NCBI RefSeq assembly: GCF_004010195.1
Contig: NC_057719.1
Location: 47,386,814 to 47,450,813, forward strand
Reading direction: 5' to 3'
Length of the DNA stretch: 64,000 bases
Source: Chiloscyllium plagiosum
Taxonomy: Eukaryota
The notes below the pieces were generated by a model. The model did not search any database. It was not told the origin of the DNA and saw only the letters and a program-made list of their open reading frames with translations. Below, in pieces: positions 48,317 to 62,839 of the stretch; position 1 is the first letter of the stretch; every line of letters starts with the position of its first letter. Both the position numbers and the translations under genes were made by a program.

Positions 48317-50710
48317 GAGAAGATTTTGTGTGCTCAGGTTGAGGTTCTCGATATGGGCTTGTTAGCTGAGCTCGAAGGTTCGTTTTCAGACGTTCTGTCA
48401 CCATACTAGGTAACAACCTCAGTGAGCCTCCGGATGGAACACTGGTGGTGTAGCCCGCTTTCTATTTATATGTTTGGGTTTCCTGGGATTGGTGATGTCA
48501 TTTCCGGTGATGTTATTTCCCATTTTTTTTCCCAGGGTGTGGTAAATGGGATCCAACTTGATATGTTTGTTGATAGAGTTCCTGTTGGAATGCAATGCTT
48601 CTAGGAATTCTCGTGCGTGTTTCTGTTTGACTTGTCCTAGGATGAATGTGTTGTCCTAGTCAGTGGTGTTCTTCCTCCTCTGTAAGGATACGAATGAGAG
48701 AGGGTCATGTCTTTTTGTGGCTAGCTTTCTGGCTGTTTGTCCAATGTAGTGTTTGTTACAGTTCTTGCAAGGTGTTTTATAAATGACATTAGTTTTGCTT
48801 GTCGTCTGTATAGGGTCTTTCAAGTTCATTAGCTGCTATTTTGTGTTTTTGGATTTGTGGGTTACCATGATGCCAAGGGGTCCAAATAGTCTGGCAGTCA
48901 TTCCTGAGATGCCTTTGTAGGGGAGTGTGGCTAGGGTTTCTGGATGTGTTTTGTCTGCTTGTTTGGGTTTGTTGCTGAGAATGCCAAACTGTTTTCATTG
49001 GGTACCTATTCTTTTCAAATACACTGTATAGGTGATTTTCCTCTGTTCTGCGTAGTTCCTCTGTGCTGCAGTGTGGTGGTTCGTTGAAATGTTGTAATGC
49101 AGTTTTGTTTGTGGATGTTGGGATAATTGCTTATGTAGTTCAGTATTTGGTCCGTATGTGTTGTTTTCCTGTAGACGCTGGTTTGAAATTCCCCATTGGC
49201 TGTTCTGTCTACTGTGATATTTAGGAATGGCAGTTTGTTGTTTTTTTCCTCTTTTTAGTGCATTTTATGCCAGTAAGGGTATTATTGATGGTCTTGAAGG
49301 TTTCCTTTAATTTGTTTCGTTTAGTGATGACAAAGGTGTCATCCATGTAGCAGACCAAAGTTTGGGTTGGATGGTTGGCAGAGCTGTTTGTTAGAGTCTC
49401 TGCATTACTGCCTCTGCTAAGAACCCATATTGGAGATCCCATGGTGTTCTGTTGGTTTATTTGTAGGTTTTGTTTTTTAAGGTGAAGTGGGTGGTAAGGC
49501 ATAAGTCCACTAGCTTGATGATGTCCTTGCTGATGAAGTTGGTGGTGTTTGGTGTATGTGTCTTTGGTTCCTCTAATAGTGTAGTCAGTATTTCCTTGGT
49601 CAGGTTGATGTTGATGGATGTGAACAGGGCTGTTACATCAAAGGAGACCATTACTTCATCCCCTTCTATCTTGGTGTCTTTTGTCTTCAGAAATTCTTGG
49701 GTGGAGTGGATGGAGTGGCATGAGTGTTCTAAGTGTTTTAGTCCTTGGTGTAGCTCCTTGGCCAATCTGTAAGTTGGTGTTCCAGGTAGTGAGACTGTGA
49801 GAGTCTGAGTGGGGCTCCTGGTTTGTGAATTTTGGGTAATCCATAGAAGTGTGGTGTTGGATCCATCTGGTTTTGTTTTTTTGGAAGTGAGTCTTATTTA
49901 TTTCTGGAATTCTGAAGTTTGGTTTTGAGTAGGGTTGTGATTCAGTTCTCTAGTTGTGGTGTCTGGTCTGTAGCCACTTCTTGCTAAATGTTGATACCTG
50001 CAAGTAGTGCATTCACTTTATCAATGTAGTTTTTTTGATTTAAATGACTCAAGTGTCCTTTGTCTGCAGGTAGGATAACAATGTTTTTATCTTTCTAGGG
50101 CTTTCCTTTCTTGTGTATTGTGTGTGCTTCCTTTTTTTCCTGCTTAATGTTGGTGCAGCTGCCTGTCTGATGGTTTGCTGTGTTTCTTTTGTTAGTTGGT
50201 TGTCTTTCAGTGTTGTTTCTAATGCTGCTAAGATTTTTTTTGCCTGCATCCTGGAGGTTGTAATTTAATCCTCTCACCTAAGACTGCTTTTTCGGTGTCT
50301 GTTAAGGGTCAGTCATATAAGGTTTTATTCATCCTTCTATGTAGTCAGAATTTGTTTTTTGTGTAAGTTTTTTTTTGTCTACTTTGACCCACACTCACTA
50401 GTATCCTTACGTACGGATGAGGAAAGATACCACTATGGGATAAAACATTCATCCGAGCCAAACAGAGACATGCAAGAGAATTCCTAGAAGCATGGCATTC
50501 CATTCGGAACTCTATCAACAACCAATTGACTTGGATCCCATTTACACCCCCCCCCGCCCGAGGAAAAATAGGAAATGTTGTCACCACAGAAAATGACATC
50601 ACCAACCCAAGGAAACCCAAACATAGAAAGCAGGCTACTCTACCAGTACTTCCTCTAGAGGCTCACTGAAGATGTTACCTAGTATGGTGACACAGCCGTT
50701 TGAAACAAAC
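48317..50710 (-). mobile_element. Decayed Penelope/Poseidon-type element (RT + GIY-YIG) with inverted 5' segment 50385-50710
   Basis: Minus strand VMVSFDVTALFTSI, LVDLCLTTHF, MGSPI, YMDDTFVI; the C-terminal segment is repeated in inverted orientation (reads AREFLEAWHS on + at ~50470-50500); decayed HHR CTGAAGA-T-GTTACC-TAGTAT-GGTGAC at 50666. Confidence 0.9.
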
Positions 50711-50819
50711 ATTGAAGAAATTGGCCTAATACTTGAGTTTAGAAGAACAAGAGTTGACATTATTAAAAAGCAAATGAGACTTAAGGTAAATTCTGAGGAT
50801 AGTCATCCTGATGAGTGGG

Positions 50820-51420
50820 ACTCACTCATGAAAATGTTAGCGACAGGGAAAAGCATTCAGCCCATCATATCTGTACTGTCTGATTTAAAACCATCTGCCC
50901 ACCCTCGACCTACTTTCCAGAACCTGTTTTGCAGCCTTGCAGATTATGCACTTCGTATGTTGGTCCCAGGTTCCTTTTTAAATGAGTTGAAGGTTCTATC
51001 AATACCAACCCAAAATTCAGTAGTGAATTCCAGAAGCTCACTATATTTTAGGCAAAAGAGCTCCTCCTTATGTCATCTTTAATCCTAGTACCAATCACTT
51101 TGAATCTGTGCTTTCAAGTAATTAAACTTTCCATGAGGTGAAACAGGTCTTCCTGACTACTCTATGCATGTGCCACATTATTTGGTACATCACAATCAAG
51201 TCAATGTTCGGCCTCCTCTGTTCAAAATAAAACAAGACTAACTTGTCTAGTCTTTCCTAGGTGCTGCAATTTTCAAGCCCTGGCAATATTCTAGTAAATT
51301 TCTTCTCTACTCTCCTTTTAAGCAATATCATCCTTCCTGTAATCTGGTGACCTGAATGGACACAAAAAAAAGCTTTTAGTTGTGGCCAAACCAATATTAT
51401 GTATTGTTCCAGCTTTACTT
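50820..51420 (-). mobile_element. Old CR1-clade LINE 3' fragment
   Basis: FRSPDYRKDDIA...ERVEK-like remnant on minus strand near 51300-51360. Confidence 0.55.
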
Positions 51421-54266
51421 ATATTTTGCCAGTGAAGGGGGAATGGCCGACATATGCTCCTATTATTTTTCTTCTTTATGCAGATAAGAAACTTGTGAAA
51501 ACAAGATACATCAATCAAATTTGTACATTGATCATTTCCTCCATATCATCTTTCCATAGGTGGTATGGATGTTTGCAAAGACCAATCCTGACAAACCATA
51601 CAAGGTACTTGGATATATACTTGAAGTGCTATAACTTGGATGTAGACTAAAAGCTGGGCAGATCACTCAGCCAAAAAATGTGATGGGCCAAGTGATGACC
51701 TTGTATGCTGTAAATACCTAATTCTAATGAAATAGCCTTCCTTGGCCCCTCTACTAAGGCCCATGTTCATCAGTTTTGTTTCCTATGTTGGGTCATTTTG
51801 CTCCCACTTGTTATTTCATTGTACTTGTAGCTTTCCATGCTCCAAGTAGATGCTTTGAACACATCTGATGCTTTTTATGAATATAATCAAAAGTTAGGCA
51901 AAAAATTGAATATTGAGAATTGATTTGTGTAATACAGTACTTTGCATTTTCGCAACTCCAACGTTTTCCTTAACTTTAAATATGACACTTACAATGAAAG
52001 TCTAATAAATACTTTAATTCTTTACTGAATGGGTGTTAGTTAATGCTTTTTGAAATGTTTTTATAAATGATGTTGTAATAAAATTATAAGTAACCTTTTC
52101 TTCATCTGCATTCTTAGTGAGTGACCTATCTTACAAGCTGTACAAAATTGTCAACTATTCAGTTACAATGTACTTTTAATCCTATTGATTTGTAAATAAT
52201 TCAACTAAAATTTTTAACAATTAAACCAACAACTCCAATAATTTCACAACATGCAGCTTCTAATCAGATTTCATTGGTGAAGGGATTCAAGTCGTCATAA
52301 TGAATATTATTGCACTTGGAATTTCTCCCTGGTCTATTTTTTAAAATGCATTTTTTGGATAGTTTTAGGAAGCTACGTATGTTTTCTTGTATTCCCTGAA
52401 AACTTGTTGCTAGGGATGCTGTAAAGGTATAGAAAGAAGGATGGGTTAAGATCAAAGGTATTTGCACCATGTTGGTGATGGGTCAGATTTGGTGGGTCAG
52501 CTGGTCTCTCCTGACCTTGATATGTAGTGCATCTTTACTAAGGGTGATAATCTGAGTTTTGTTTGTGAAATTGGGGGGGGAAAAGCATTGCTCACTCAAC
52601 TGTTCCCTCCATTTAGTCAAATATCTAACTTGTGCTCTTTTTTTTTTCTGTATCTCTGACATCCACATTTTATTGCTTCTTTGTCTGTTGGGTTTACACA
52701 TTAGTACAGGACTTAAAATCTTTTCTGAAAATATTTTCTGAATTTAGTTTGGTAAAACTTGGGTTTTATTTCAGGGAAGGTCAAGGTTACCTCATCATTT
52801 ACGTTGTGAAGTCTGGACCCCACACATTAGTGGAAAACCAGAATCAATCTGCACCTCTTTCTTTTACTTGCAGAGACCAAATAACATAGTTTTCCAGAAT
52901 GGTGGATATTGAAAAACAATGCACAATACTAACTGTTAAAAATAGTTGGAAGGTTCCAAGCAAGGATAAAATGACAAAACTTCTAATTCTTATAACTGTC
53001 TAATATGATCTGTCGTTTAGCACAATCATTGCTGCAATATTATAAAGGAGACTTAAGATGACAGTGGACAAATTTTTTTGAGTGGTCTTGTCTGACCCTT
53101 TCTTCATTAAAGTAAAACCGGAACAAAATACACCTCTTTAAAGCCATAGTATTGTCTCACAATGCAGATAGGTGATGAATCCCTTACGAAGTCAAGGGTG
53201 ATCTTTTTTTTTGCAGAAAACCTATTCTGTCATTTTCATGGCCACAATGTTAGTAACTGGTCAGAAACTTAGTAGGACCAATGATGGCTTTCAAGCTAGG
53301 GTATGTGGTGATATCACCATTTGAAAGATTTGGTCTGGTGATTAACTATCTGCTTATTAGAGATGATCATTAGCTATCACTTTAAATTTTGACTCATTTG
53401 CCATTTGTTGGTCCAAGCCTGGACAATGTTTCAACCTGGGTTAGGTTGCTGCAGGTTGCTTCATTATTAGAGGAGTTGTAAGTAATGCTGAATATGGGAA
53501 TTGGTGAACAGCTCCGCTGCTGTTATCTGAATCAGGCAGTTAAGACATTACTTCAGTTGTTCAGAAAAGCAACCAATTATTTTAAGTGTCAGACTTCAGG
53601 TAAACACGGTTTTTTGCATCAGGTGTAGCGTTAGTCACTGGATGATTTTCTTTTTTGTATTTCCCGCTTTGTTTCCTACCAAAACTTAGGTCTTAGTGTT
53701 CAACTTCGTCAAATGTTGATGAGATGTCAATACCAACTCCTGTTTCTCCACTAACCTTGAACTAATGCAGCCATGTTTGGATCCAGGCATAATGAGGTCT
53801 GACGAGAAATAATTCAATCAGAATGAAATTGAGTTTCATCATCATTCCAATTTCTGATCCACTTCTTTTGGAAGGCTGGGAATAAAAGGGGCATATCTGC
53901 ATGCCTCTATCAACATTAAATTATTTTGTTGAGTGTATACTGAGTACGTTTATCTTTTTTTAAACAAATAAAAAGTAACCGATGATTCAAATTGCTTTAC
54001 CTCCATTCAACAGTCCAAACATCACTGGAGAGCATCTCTAATAGGTCATTTAGATGCAATTTGACTTATTTGAGGCATAATTACTTCAGTCTCTTCACTG
54101 TCTTCTAAGTTGCAAATATCACTACAGTTTTCCACAATTGGCCCAATATTCTGTTAAATGGATGGGTGTTTAATTCCCCCCTGTGAAGTTATTTTGAAGT
54201 TTTCCAAAAGTTACTCACTGAACGAGTTGCAAAAAAATGTTTGATCTCCGAAGTAGCTGTGTTGAA

Positions 54267-55634
54267 TATAGACTAGTGAGGCTAATATCGGTGGTGGGCA
54301 AGTTGCTGGAGGGAATCCTGAGGGACAGGACGCACATGTATTTGGAAAGGCAAGGACTGATTCGGGATAGTCAACATGGCTTTGTGTATGGGAAATCGTG
54401 TCTCAAACTTGATTGAGTTTTCTGAAGAAGTAACTGGATTGAGAGTAGAGTGGTGGACATGATCTATATGGACTTCAGTAAGGTGTTCAACAAGGTTCCC
54501 CATGGGAGACTGATTAGCAAGGATAGATCTCGTGGAATACAGGGAGAACTAGCCATTTGGATACAGAACTGGCTCAAAGGTAGAAGACAGGGAGGATTGT
54601 TTTTCAGACTGGAGGCCTGTGACCAGTGGAGTGCCACAAGGAACGGTGCTAGGCCCTCTACTTTTTACCATTTACATAAATGATTTGGATACGAGCATAA
54701 GAGGTACAGTTGGTAAGTTTGCAGAATGACACCAAAATTGGAGTTGTAGTGGACAGCGAAGAGGGTTACCTCAGATTACAACAGGATCTGGGCCAGATGG
54801 GCCCATGGGCTGAGAAATGGCAGATGGAGTTTAATTCTGATAAATGCAATGTGCTGCATTTTGGGAAAGCAAATCTTAGCAGGACTTATACACTTAATGG
54901 TAAGGTCCTAGGGGGTGTTGCTGAACAGAGACCTTGGAGTGCAGGTTCATAGCTCCTTGAAAGTGGACGCAGGTAGATAGGATAGTGAAGAAGGCCTTTG
55001 GTATGCTTTCCCTTATTGGAAGAGTATTGTGTACAGGAGTTGGGAGGTCATGTTACGGCTATACAAGACATTGGTTAGGCCACTGTTGGAATATTGCGTG
55101 CAATTCTGGTCTCCTTCCTATCGGAAAGATGTTGTGAAACTTGAAAGGGTTCTGAAAGGATTTACAAGGATGTTGCTAGGGTTGGAGGATTTGAGTTATA
55201 GGGAGAGGCTGAACAGGCTGGGGATGTTTTCCCTGGAGTGTTGGAGGCTGAGGGGTGACTTTATAAAGGTTTACAAAATTGAGGGGCATGAATAGGATAA
55301 ATAGGCCAAGCCTTTTCGCTGGGGTTGGGGAGTCTAGAACTAGAGGGCATAGGTTTAGGGTGAGAGGGGAAAGATATAAAAGAGACCTAAGGGGCAACTT
55401 TTTCCACAGAGGGTGGTAGTGTATGGAATAAGCTGCCAGAGGATGTGGTGGAGGCTGGTACAATTGCAACATTTAAGAGGCATTTGGGTGGTATATGAAT
55501 AGGAAGGGTTTGGAGGGATAAGGGCCGAGTGTTGGCAGGTGGGACTAGATTGGGTTGGGATATCTGGTCGGTATGGACAGGTTGGACCGAAGGATCTGTT
55601 TCCATGCTGTACATCTCTCTGACTCTGACCCTAT
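54267..55634 (+). mobile_element. CR1 (HER1-like) LINE 3' half
   Basis: QHGF, YMDFSKVFNKVPH, ORFs 54710-54952 and 55029-55295, conserved tail. Confidence 0.95.
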
Positions 55635-58600
55635 CTAGGGTACTGCCTTCAACTAGCACAAAAATAGTAATCTAGCCTTCTGCCATTTGGTAAAATAACA
55701 TGTAGATACAGTAAGCAAAAAGTACTGCTGGTGCTGGAAATCTGAAATTGGTTGTTATATCACAGAATGAGGCCATTTGGTTTATGATCTCTGTACAGCT
55801 CTCAACAGGCAGTTTTACTTAGTGCCATTCCCCTGTCTAGTCCTGCTCCTACATATTCTCTTTTGGATAACAATTGAATTCCCTTTAGAATGCTTCTACT
55901 ATACTATACCCCAATCACACTCTTCAGGAGTGCATTCAAAATCCTAACCAAATGCACTTTGAAAATGATTTTTCCTCCTTTTGACTCTTTTTTTTTCTCT
56001 CTTTGTATCTCTGCAATCTTGTTCTCAATGCTTCTACCACTATCTTTGTCCAGACTACTCATGATTTTGAAAACTCTTGATTCAGTCTTTGGAACCAGAT
56101 TTCTTGCACATGTGCTCAAATGTCTTGTAGTGCCACGTGCTTTACAATATCAAGAACGCCTGTGCAGATTTTGGTTCGATAGGACAACCGTATTTGTTTA
56201 CAGATTTTGTTGACTTGGTATGCTTTGCAACTTTACTAATTTTGTTAGCTGCATCTAAAGCATATGACTGTTGGCCTGCCACTGTGGCTTCACACTTGTG
56301 TCCTTCAACAGGTATGTCAATAGCAGGCTTTTTTTTCTCGTCTACAAAAGATTTGCCTTAAAAGCTTTGGTTGGTGTAGAAACCACCAATCATTAATTCT
56401 GGTCCCTCTAAGTCATATTCATGGTCTTTGTTGCAGCATCTTCCAACAAATTGATCAATAGGTTCTTGGGGTTTCTGTTTGTATGACATGAATTGGAGTC
56501 TGTTAATTCCAAAGTTAACTCTTGAATTGGTCATAGAGAATATTATAGATATTGTTGATCATTCTGATTGCACATGAAAGAAAAACTGATGTGTTAATTC
56601 ATAGAAATACGTACTTGCCAATGGCAAACAATACTTAGAGCTTTTTTGCTTGCAATCATCTGTTGTTTGATCTGTAAAATGCTATTTGAACAGTTGTAAT
56701 TTATTTAAGGGTGTCACAGGATACCCAGTCCATAATGTGGTGTCTACTATTCATGATTCCACCTTTTTTTAAAAACATCGCACTATTCCACCTTTTAAAA
56801 CATGTGGCCCTGACTGTATCAGTAAAAATTAAAAATACTCATTCCTTTAATAACAAAGATTTGGCCCCTTTTGTTGTGTGTCAACTGCCAAGAAAAGAGC
56901 ATTCTAGCCTTTCCAATTTTCTGTACTGCATAATAATTATCTGTAAATATTGCAATAAATAGCAATGTATTTTATTTTATCTTGAAAGCTTTAGCATTCT
57001 AATCCAAATAAATTAGCACTGTTTTCTTTGTGGTTTAATGCCTTTTATCAATAGATCTGTGTAACTGTCTCCACACTCTGAAATGGCTGAAGTATGAAGT
57101 GAGCAATTGTCCAAAATCTGTTTAAGGCTGTTTTCTGGTTGGGCTTCAGTTAGTTTTCCAAATATCTGTCAGAGACATTGGAGTCTTTTGTAGATGACCA
57201 CCTCCGCTAACTAGGTGTGAACTTGTCTCCAACACAATTTTGTCAGATGCATAATTTTAATGTTTCTTGTATCAAAATTGTGAGAATATATTTTTGAAGG
57301 ATCCAACTGCTTATTGCACATAAGCATTGTATTCCTCAGGTAAATTTGTGCCTGGAATAGCATTAAACTTTGGATTATACCACAAGAGAGAGCTCCAAGT
57401 ATGACTCTACTAGGAGCAGAGGTGAAGTGGAGTATGGGATCTGTTTACCCTTGGGTCACATGGCTATGACTTACAGGTGATAGGAGCATGTGACTTCAAG
57501 GTATGCTGATAGGTCTCATGGTCAATGACAACTGTGACTAAACTTCAGAACAAATTTTTATTTTAATGTGCTTTGGGAGATTCTAACCTTGTAAAAAGCC
57601 CTGCCTTAATGCACATTTGTGTATGTCATCTTTAAACCTGAAGTATACCTCCTACCTTTTTTCTAATAGCTGTCTGATTTAGCAACTTTTTTTCTCATTT
57701 TAGTTTCAGCTTTCAAATACTGCAACATTTAGTTTTATTGACATGTACAACGGATTTAATTTTTTGTGCATTACGTTTCTGTATGTCATACTCTGGCTCG
57801 GCCAAATTCTGGTCAATTATTGGAAGAATTACATAGCAGGCCTGCCCCAGTGAGCTGAATTGTTAAGCATGGTCACATGAAGAACAATCGCTTCTAGTTT
57901 TCACTATTGGCCTTTTTACTTTATTTCTCTTGATTAGCTTCCAAGCTAAAGACTTTGGTGGCATAGAAAAATGTCATAGATTCTATAAGTAACGTGATGC
58001 ACTGATATTAGGTTCTTGACCCCACACTCCAGCAATTTATCCTTGGGGCCTTCTTACAATAAGGCATGTTGAATTGTACTATGGAAATATATATTGGCAA
58101 TGTGACAGGGCTGGTAACTATTTCACTTTGGAAAAGTACAAGCTATGCAGAAACTCTCGTTCCTTTTAAGGTAACCTGACTTCTAGACTTCCTGGAATAA
58201 AGTTTAACAACTGTAACAAAGCTAAGTAAAAAAAACAATGAGATTTCATAGAACTGACAATCATTGGAACTGCCAGTTTAAACTTAAGAATGCAGGGCTA
58301 TGTTTGGAGTTTTTCATAAATAATTGTGTAGAGGCTTAAAATATAGAGAAGTATGGATTCTGAACCCTCTGCCGTTTTGCTGTACTTTTTGCATCTTTGC
58401 TGTGGGTAATTCATTCGGACAAGTGTTTACCATTTGGCAACTGTCTAGAATTATTTTCATGGAGAAACATTTTTATTGCAGTCTATGCAAAGGCTAAGTT
58501 AAGAATGCTATCTCAAATTTTGGAATATGATCATGTGGTGAGATATCATTTCTCTTAATAACAATGCAGTAGAAACTTTTAGTTGGCAACAGATAAAAAT

Positions 58601-61600
58601 TGGACTGCTTCAGCCCTCTGAGCCCATCTAGGTGTTTTCTATTGGTTGAAAAAAATGTATATTTAAGATTACACAATTTGTGTTTTTGTCGATCAGTTCA
58701 GAAACTCAACTGCACTCCAGTTGTTTTCACATTATGTATTGAAGCTGTGGCAAAAGGTTAGACAAAGAATTGAATGCAACAGAGTATTTCAAAAGAAGTG
58801 GAGAGGTTTTCATAGAATTCCAGTGGCAGATCTCTGTTTAAAGTCAGGGATGTACAAAAGTTTTAAAATTACAGGAAGATATTGCTGAGTTGTAAGGCTA
58901 AGAAAGGTTACTGAAATAAGGAGGGAGGAGACCATAGAATTTGAAAAGTAAGGTGACTTGAGGGAGTTGAGGCATGTTTCTCAACCAGGAGCCAATGCAA
59001 GTCGGTCTGCAACTCTCCAGATATTTGAGACACTTTGGGTCATCAAATCTCATTAAAACGTTGTAGTCTTTACCAAGGCATTCTAATTTCTTTCGGATGT
59101 TCTCAGTTTGGAATTGCTTCACAAGCCATTCTGTCAAAGACTGTCTCAATTGCTGATAATGTCTAAGTAGGTTGGTTTTTTCCCCTGAAGCATTCCTAAA
59201 GCTGCTTTCCAGAGGTTACGTGGACATAATTCAAGCTTCTCTGCAGGTATCCTCTCAAAGCTGGTGCTATCTCTAGGTTTTTCCAAAGTCAAATCTTTAT
59301 CACTAAATCAAACAACAAATATTGTTCCACAGCTTCCTTCAACCCCATTCTAATCTAGCAATGGTTCCCAGAGCTGCTTCCAAATCCCAGCAGCTCAGGC
59401 TGCAAGGCTTTTTTTTTAAGCCTAACTCCAACTTTGAACTGTTAGCGGGGCATGTGACCCCTCCATGCCAGAAGCCTGCTCAAAGAGTAATTTTCTTTTT
59501 GGATGAGGTATCTTTCTTTGCCAAATGCTCCCAGTTGTGTGGGTGTGTCATTTCATGATTTTTACTAGTCCAGTGTCTTTTTATGCTGTTGCCTGCACCG
59601 CACAAGTACGCTGGCTGCAGCTGCCCAAAATATAAACTGACATGCTAGGATCAGCATGTGTAGTTTGTGAAGTTATGCATGTGTTAGGACACCCAGGGCA
59701 AGGTGGGAATGTAGCCTTTGGCCTAAGGCCAATAAAAGTAAATTTGGGTCTTCTAGCACGTTAAACAAGTGTTTTTTTTTATTTTTTGGGCTATTTTCAT
59801 GGTAGACTTAAGTTGTAAACCAGAACTAGAATAATATAGGGCTAAAAGAAGAAAATTAAAAGAAAGTATTAATACAGCAAAAACCTGGCACATGCCCAGC
59901 ACCTGATGCTCTATACCTTGGCGTTGTGAAAGGGACAGTGCATCCAATATCTCTACAGCTATGATTTTCCAGAATTCCTTGGATTCAAGTTAATCAGATT
60001 CAAAGCTAACAAATGTAACATTTGTTTTTCAGGATGAGACAGAAAAGTTTAACATCATACTGAGTGTTGTAAGTTATTATATCTAATTAATATTCATTAA
60101 TTACTAAATGCATAGGATCGAAGATGAATATCCTGAAACCCTTTGCTTTTGTTCTTGGTTGGGTTTACAGGTTGGTTGAATTTTGAAAGCTATATGCTTA
60201 CAAAATTATTTAATTATGCCATTGCTCCATTTACCCTATATATTGAGATCCATACCTAGGATGCAATCCTGTTCTATACGCATATTAGCTTGTTATAGGA
60301 CTAACTCATTGTGAACACTAATGTACCTTGAACGTTTTACTTTTAATGCATTAATAAGTCATTCAGATCTTTAAATTAACAAAGTGTCAAATCACATGAT
60401 TAGATACAGATTTAAGCGTATTAGCTGATACAAGATTTAGATTCCAGAAGAAGGGCAAATAAGGATAAATGTGTTGTATTGTTGTATGTTTGCATTTACG
60501 CTTTTTTTTTCTCATTTGTATGAGAACAATAGTATTTCCTACTTTTTCACTGTTTTTAGTTTGATCTGAATATTGTTTGGTCAGTTAACTGACTAGAGCA
60601 GGCCTTCCCAAAGTGGGAATTTAGACCCCAATTTGGGTCACCAGTTGAAATGTTTGGGGTTGTGAACTATGAGGCAGCAATGGCTACCATGGAGTTTTGA
60701 CCAAGTTATAACAGCTGTGCTTCCCTCCTCCAACAGGGCTCCACTGTTTTCTTTCAGGGGCTGTGACAATTTTCAAACTTAATGGAGTCTTGGTGGGGCA
60801 AAATATTAGAGAAGCACTTGACTAGAAGTGTAACCCTCGCAGAGATATTTCCTTTTTTTTTGGTGTCCTTTTTTAAGTAGCCTCCTGTTTTGAGGGAAGA
60901 AAACCATGACAAATGAGCTGAAATATACTTTGAAATTTGCAGCTCTTTAAATTTGGAAGGCAGATGCTTCATTTGTGTTGCATATTTGTATATGTAATAT
61001 GCATGTTTTAAGTAAATTTAATACAAGGACTTTTTCCCCTTAAGTCCATTTGTAATTGCTTTCTGTTTTTGTTTGGAAAGCTTTGCCTTTACCCAGTTCA
61101 TATCCTAATTTAGGAAACTTATCTAACTTGATTCATCTAATAAGGTCAGAAATCAAAAGGACAAACAGCTGTCCAGCACAACAGTATGAACTGCACAAAC
61201 AGCTGCAACTTTTTTGATACTGAGGTTACTTCATAATTTTTTAAATGCCTAATCGTGAAATTGTTTCATAAAAATAAAATGATTCCATTTCAAAAATTGA
61301 TTCTGACCCCTTTTCCAGTGTACAATTCAAAATCCCTCCCTTTTTTAGTACAAAAACCTCTGTTTTCCCACTCCATGTGATTGACTGACTGTCAAGTCTT
61401 TAAAATCAAAAGCAATTCCATTTATACTGTTTTTGCAAAAGAAATCTGCTTTATGGCACTGATAGCATGGCTCAGGTCAAAAGCTCAGTCTGAGATCTGC
61501 AATTGCTTGACCAACTGCTGTTTGAGAATTTGTGTATGCTTTCTATCAAGTTGTACAATTCTGTAATTTTTCATTATATCTAAAACCTATGAAAAGACTT

Positions 61601-61789
61601 GTACAAACTTGTACAAAATACAAATTTTAAAAAATGATTTTATATGTAAGCATTTCAATTGAAAATTGCTTTCTGTCTTGAGATACAAAAGATCAGAAGT
61701 CTGACCCAGTTTTGTGTCCAGATTTGGCTTTTAGTTTCTGTTGTGACACCCAAGTAAATGACTTTGTTGCAAATTATACTGTCGTACAG

Positions 61790-62692
61790 AATACTGGAGA
61801 GTGACTGATGTTCTACCATTATTTAAGAGAGACTGCGGGGAACTACATACCGGTGACGTCAGTGTGGGTAAATTGTTGGGTGAAATCCTGAGACGTGATC
61901 TATGTGCATTTGGAAAGGCCAGGATTGATTTAGAGTTGGTCGGCATGGCTTTGTGTGGGAAATAGTGTCTCTTATATTTGAAGAGGCAACCAAGAAGGTA
62001 GATTAAAGATGTAACAGCAGATGTCTACATGGACTTTAGCAAGGCCTTCAACATTCTGGTGGTAGACTAACTAGTAAGGTTAGATCATGTGGGATCCAGG
62101 GCGAGCTAGCTCATTGAATAGAAAATTGGCTTGACCGTAGGAGATGGAGGTGGTGGTAGAGGGTTGTTCAGACTGGAGGTCTGAGACCAATAGTGTGCCG
62201 CAAGCTTGTTGTTGGTCATAAAGATAAACTATTTGAATGAGAATATGGGAGTCACGTTTAATAAGTTTGCAGATGACACTAAAATTGGTGGTGTAGTGGA
62301 CAGTGAAGAAGGGTATCTGAGTACAAGGGGATATTGATCAACTGGGCCAGTGGGCCAAGAAATAGCAGATGGTGTTTAATTCGGATAAATCTCAGTTGCA
62401 TTTTCATAAGACAAACCAGGGCAGGACTTAAACAGTTAATGGTAGGGCTCTGAGGAGTATTTTTGAAGAGGAGGGACCCAAGGGTGCAGATACAGAGTTA
62501 CTTGAAAGTGCCATCACAGGTAGACAGTGTGAAGGAGGTGTTTGGCATGCTTGTTTTCATCAGTGACGGCATTGGGTAAAGGAGTTGAAACGTCATGTTA
62601 TGGTTGTATAAGACATCACTAAAACCATGATTGGAATACTCTGTACAGTTCTGGTCACCCTGCTATAGGAAGAATGTTAGTTAAACTGGTAA
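61790..62692 (+). mobile_element. Older CR1 LINE RT fragment
   Basis: [27 protein letters not shown] remnants. Confidence 0.85.
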
Positions 62693-62839
62693 GTGATTTG
62701 CTGCAGTCCATTTGGTGTATGTTCCTTTTGTTTAGCATGCATATTTTATGTCAGAACTTCAGTTTTAGACTCACTGGCATGTTCCTCACACTTAAGATGG
62801 AGCTCGTATCCAGGATTGATAATCGTATTAGTGATATGC

